This document shows, piece after piece, positions 47,994-48,622 of a stretch of DNA of 48,622 nt. This stretch comes from Candidatus Woesebacteria bacterium (GTDB lineage Bacteria; Patescibacteriota; Microgenomatia; UBA1400; UBA1396), in NCBI GenBank assembly GCA_963749595.1, contig CAVVNJ010000001.1:67376-115997 (forward strand), written 5' to 3'. The position numbers were made by a program, and so were the translations under genes. The notes under the pieces were generated by a model that was not told the DNA's origin, made no database searches, and saw only the letters and a program-made list of their open reading frames with translations. Each line of letters begins with the position of its first letter. Within the stretch, counting starts at the first letter, position 1.

Positions 47994-48622
47994 TACGGAT
48001 CCTCACCCTGGATTAAGGCCGCGATACTATTCATGATCTGCCAGTAGTCCGCCTGTTGCCGGAAAAAAGTGGTGTAGTCGCCCACCGAATAGGTATCAAT
48101 CATGGTTTTGGTCCGACTAACATACAAGGCAGCCAGACTTTTTAGTCCCACTGGATCCACCTTAGGATCGACTTTCGTAAAAAAATCACTGAAAATCGTT
48201 GGGAAGGCGCTGATTGGCTTCAGCTGCTTGGCTTTTTCACCATTATCCTTTTGGCTGGCCGCCTGAGCATAGGCCATAAAGGCAGCCGTTTGCATTCGCC
48301 ACATCGTTTGGAACTCATAGCGGATTTTTTCGTCGTAATGTTCACCCAACCACAGGGAAATAGCCGTGGCATTATTTTCCAAAGCTTGGGCTGATGCTTG
48401 AGACTCGACGTCACTTCGACTAAACAGACTTAGGGTTAGGAGAGAGGCATGTTCCTTGAATAGGTCGTGCAGCGCATCGTTGGAGTGAGTATAGACTAGA
48501 TATTTTTGTTGATTAACTTTTAACTGGACGTAAAAAAAGACATTAGCGGCGACACTTAGTACGATGAAAAAAGCAAAAACAAAAGCACACAAGGCGCCCC
48601 AATGAACTTTAGTTAAGTTTCT
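47993..48622 (-). CDS. 5'-partial membrane-anchored hypothetical protein, first visible gene of the giant-protein operon
   Basis: Frame is open to the window edge (RNLTKVHWGALCAFVFAFF...); TM followed by a helical domain; its TAA overlaps the giant gene's ATG. Confidence 0.7.
   Translation of the reverse strand, partial: RNLTKVHWGALCAFVFAFFIVLSVAANVFFYVQLKVNQQKYLVYTHSNDALHDLFKEHASLLTLSLFSRSDVESQASAQALENNATAISLWLGEHYDEKIRYEFQTMWRMQTAAFMAYAQAASQKDNGEKAKQLKPISAFPTIFSDFFTKVDPKVDPVGLKSLAALYVSRTKTMIDTYSVGDYTTFFRQQADYWQIMNSIAALIQGEDP

Noticed and set aside
38507-48036. Numerous 60-200 aa alternative-frame ORFs within the giant gene
   Set aside because: Shadow ORFs from codon bias; no motifs or independent expression signals.

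Overview
Bacterial chromosomal window that looks like Patescibacteria/CPR, probably Microgenomates (inference from gene style, the tRNA intron and the giant FN3 surface protein; standard code 11). (1) 1-4.7 kb: host-type genes - a 5'-partial P-loop kinase-like gene coupled to a B12-binding radical SAM gene, a NUDIX hydrolase, rpoD and an FMN split-barrel protein. (2) 4735-5044: tRNA-Asn(GTT) with a 247-nt group I intron at anticodon position 35/36. The tRNA stops at T-arm position 64; its 3' end plus CCA lies about 2.6 kb downstream at 7624-7635. (3) About 5-20.7 kb: a largely AT-richer composite island with three large serine recombinases, all damaged (truncated, frameshifted, remnant). It also holds a decayed DUF5659 / small protein / HTH module next to an array of 11-bp-phased triplet repeats, an intact hydrolase-Ldh_2-AKR-YecM operon with an XRE regulator, and ietA (intact) with ietS (twice frameshifted) and a DUF559 nuclease. 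(4) 21-36 kb: many small accessory genes, a large share apparently leaderless. (5) 36-48.6 kb: a translationally coupled minus-strand operon of a membrane protein, a 3224-aa four-repeat surface protein, an ABC ATPase and a MacB-like permease. No rRNA, CRISPR array or reverse transcriptase was seen. All family assignments come from motif recognition by eye, not database searches.
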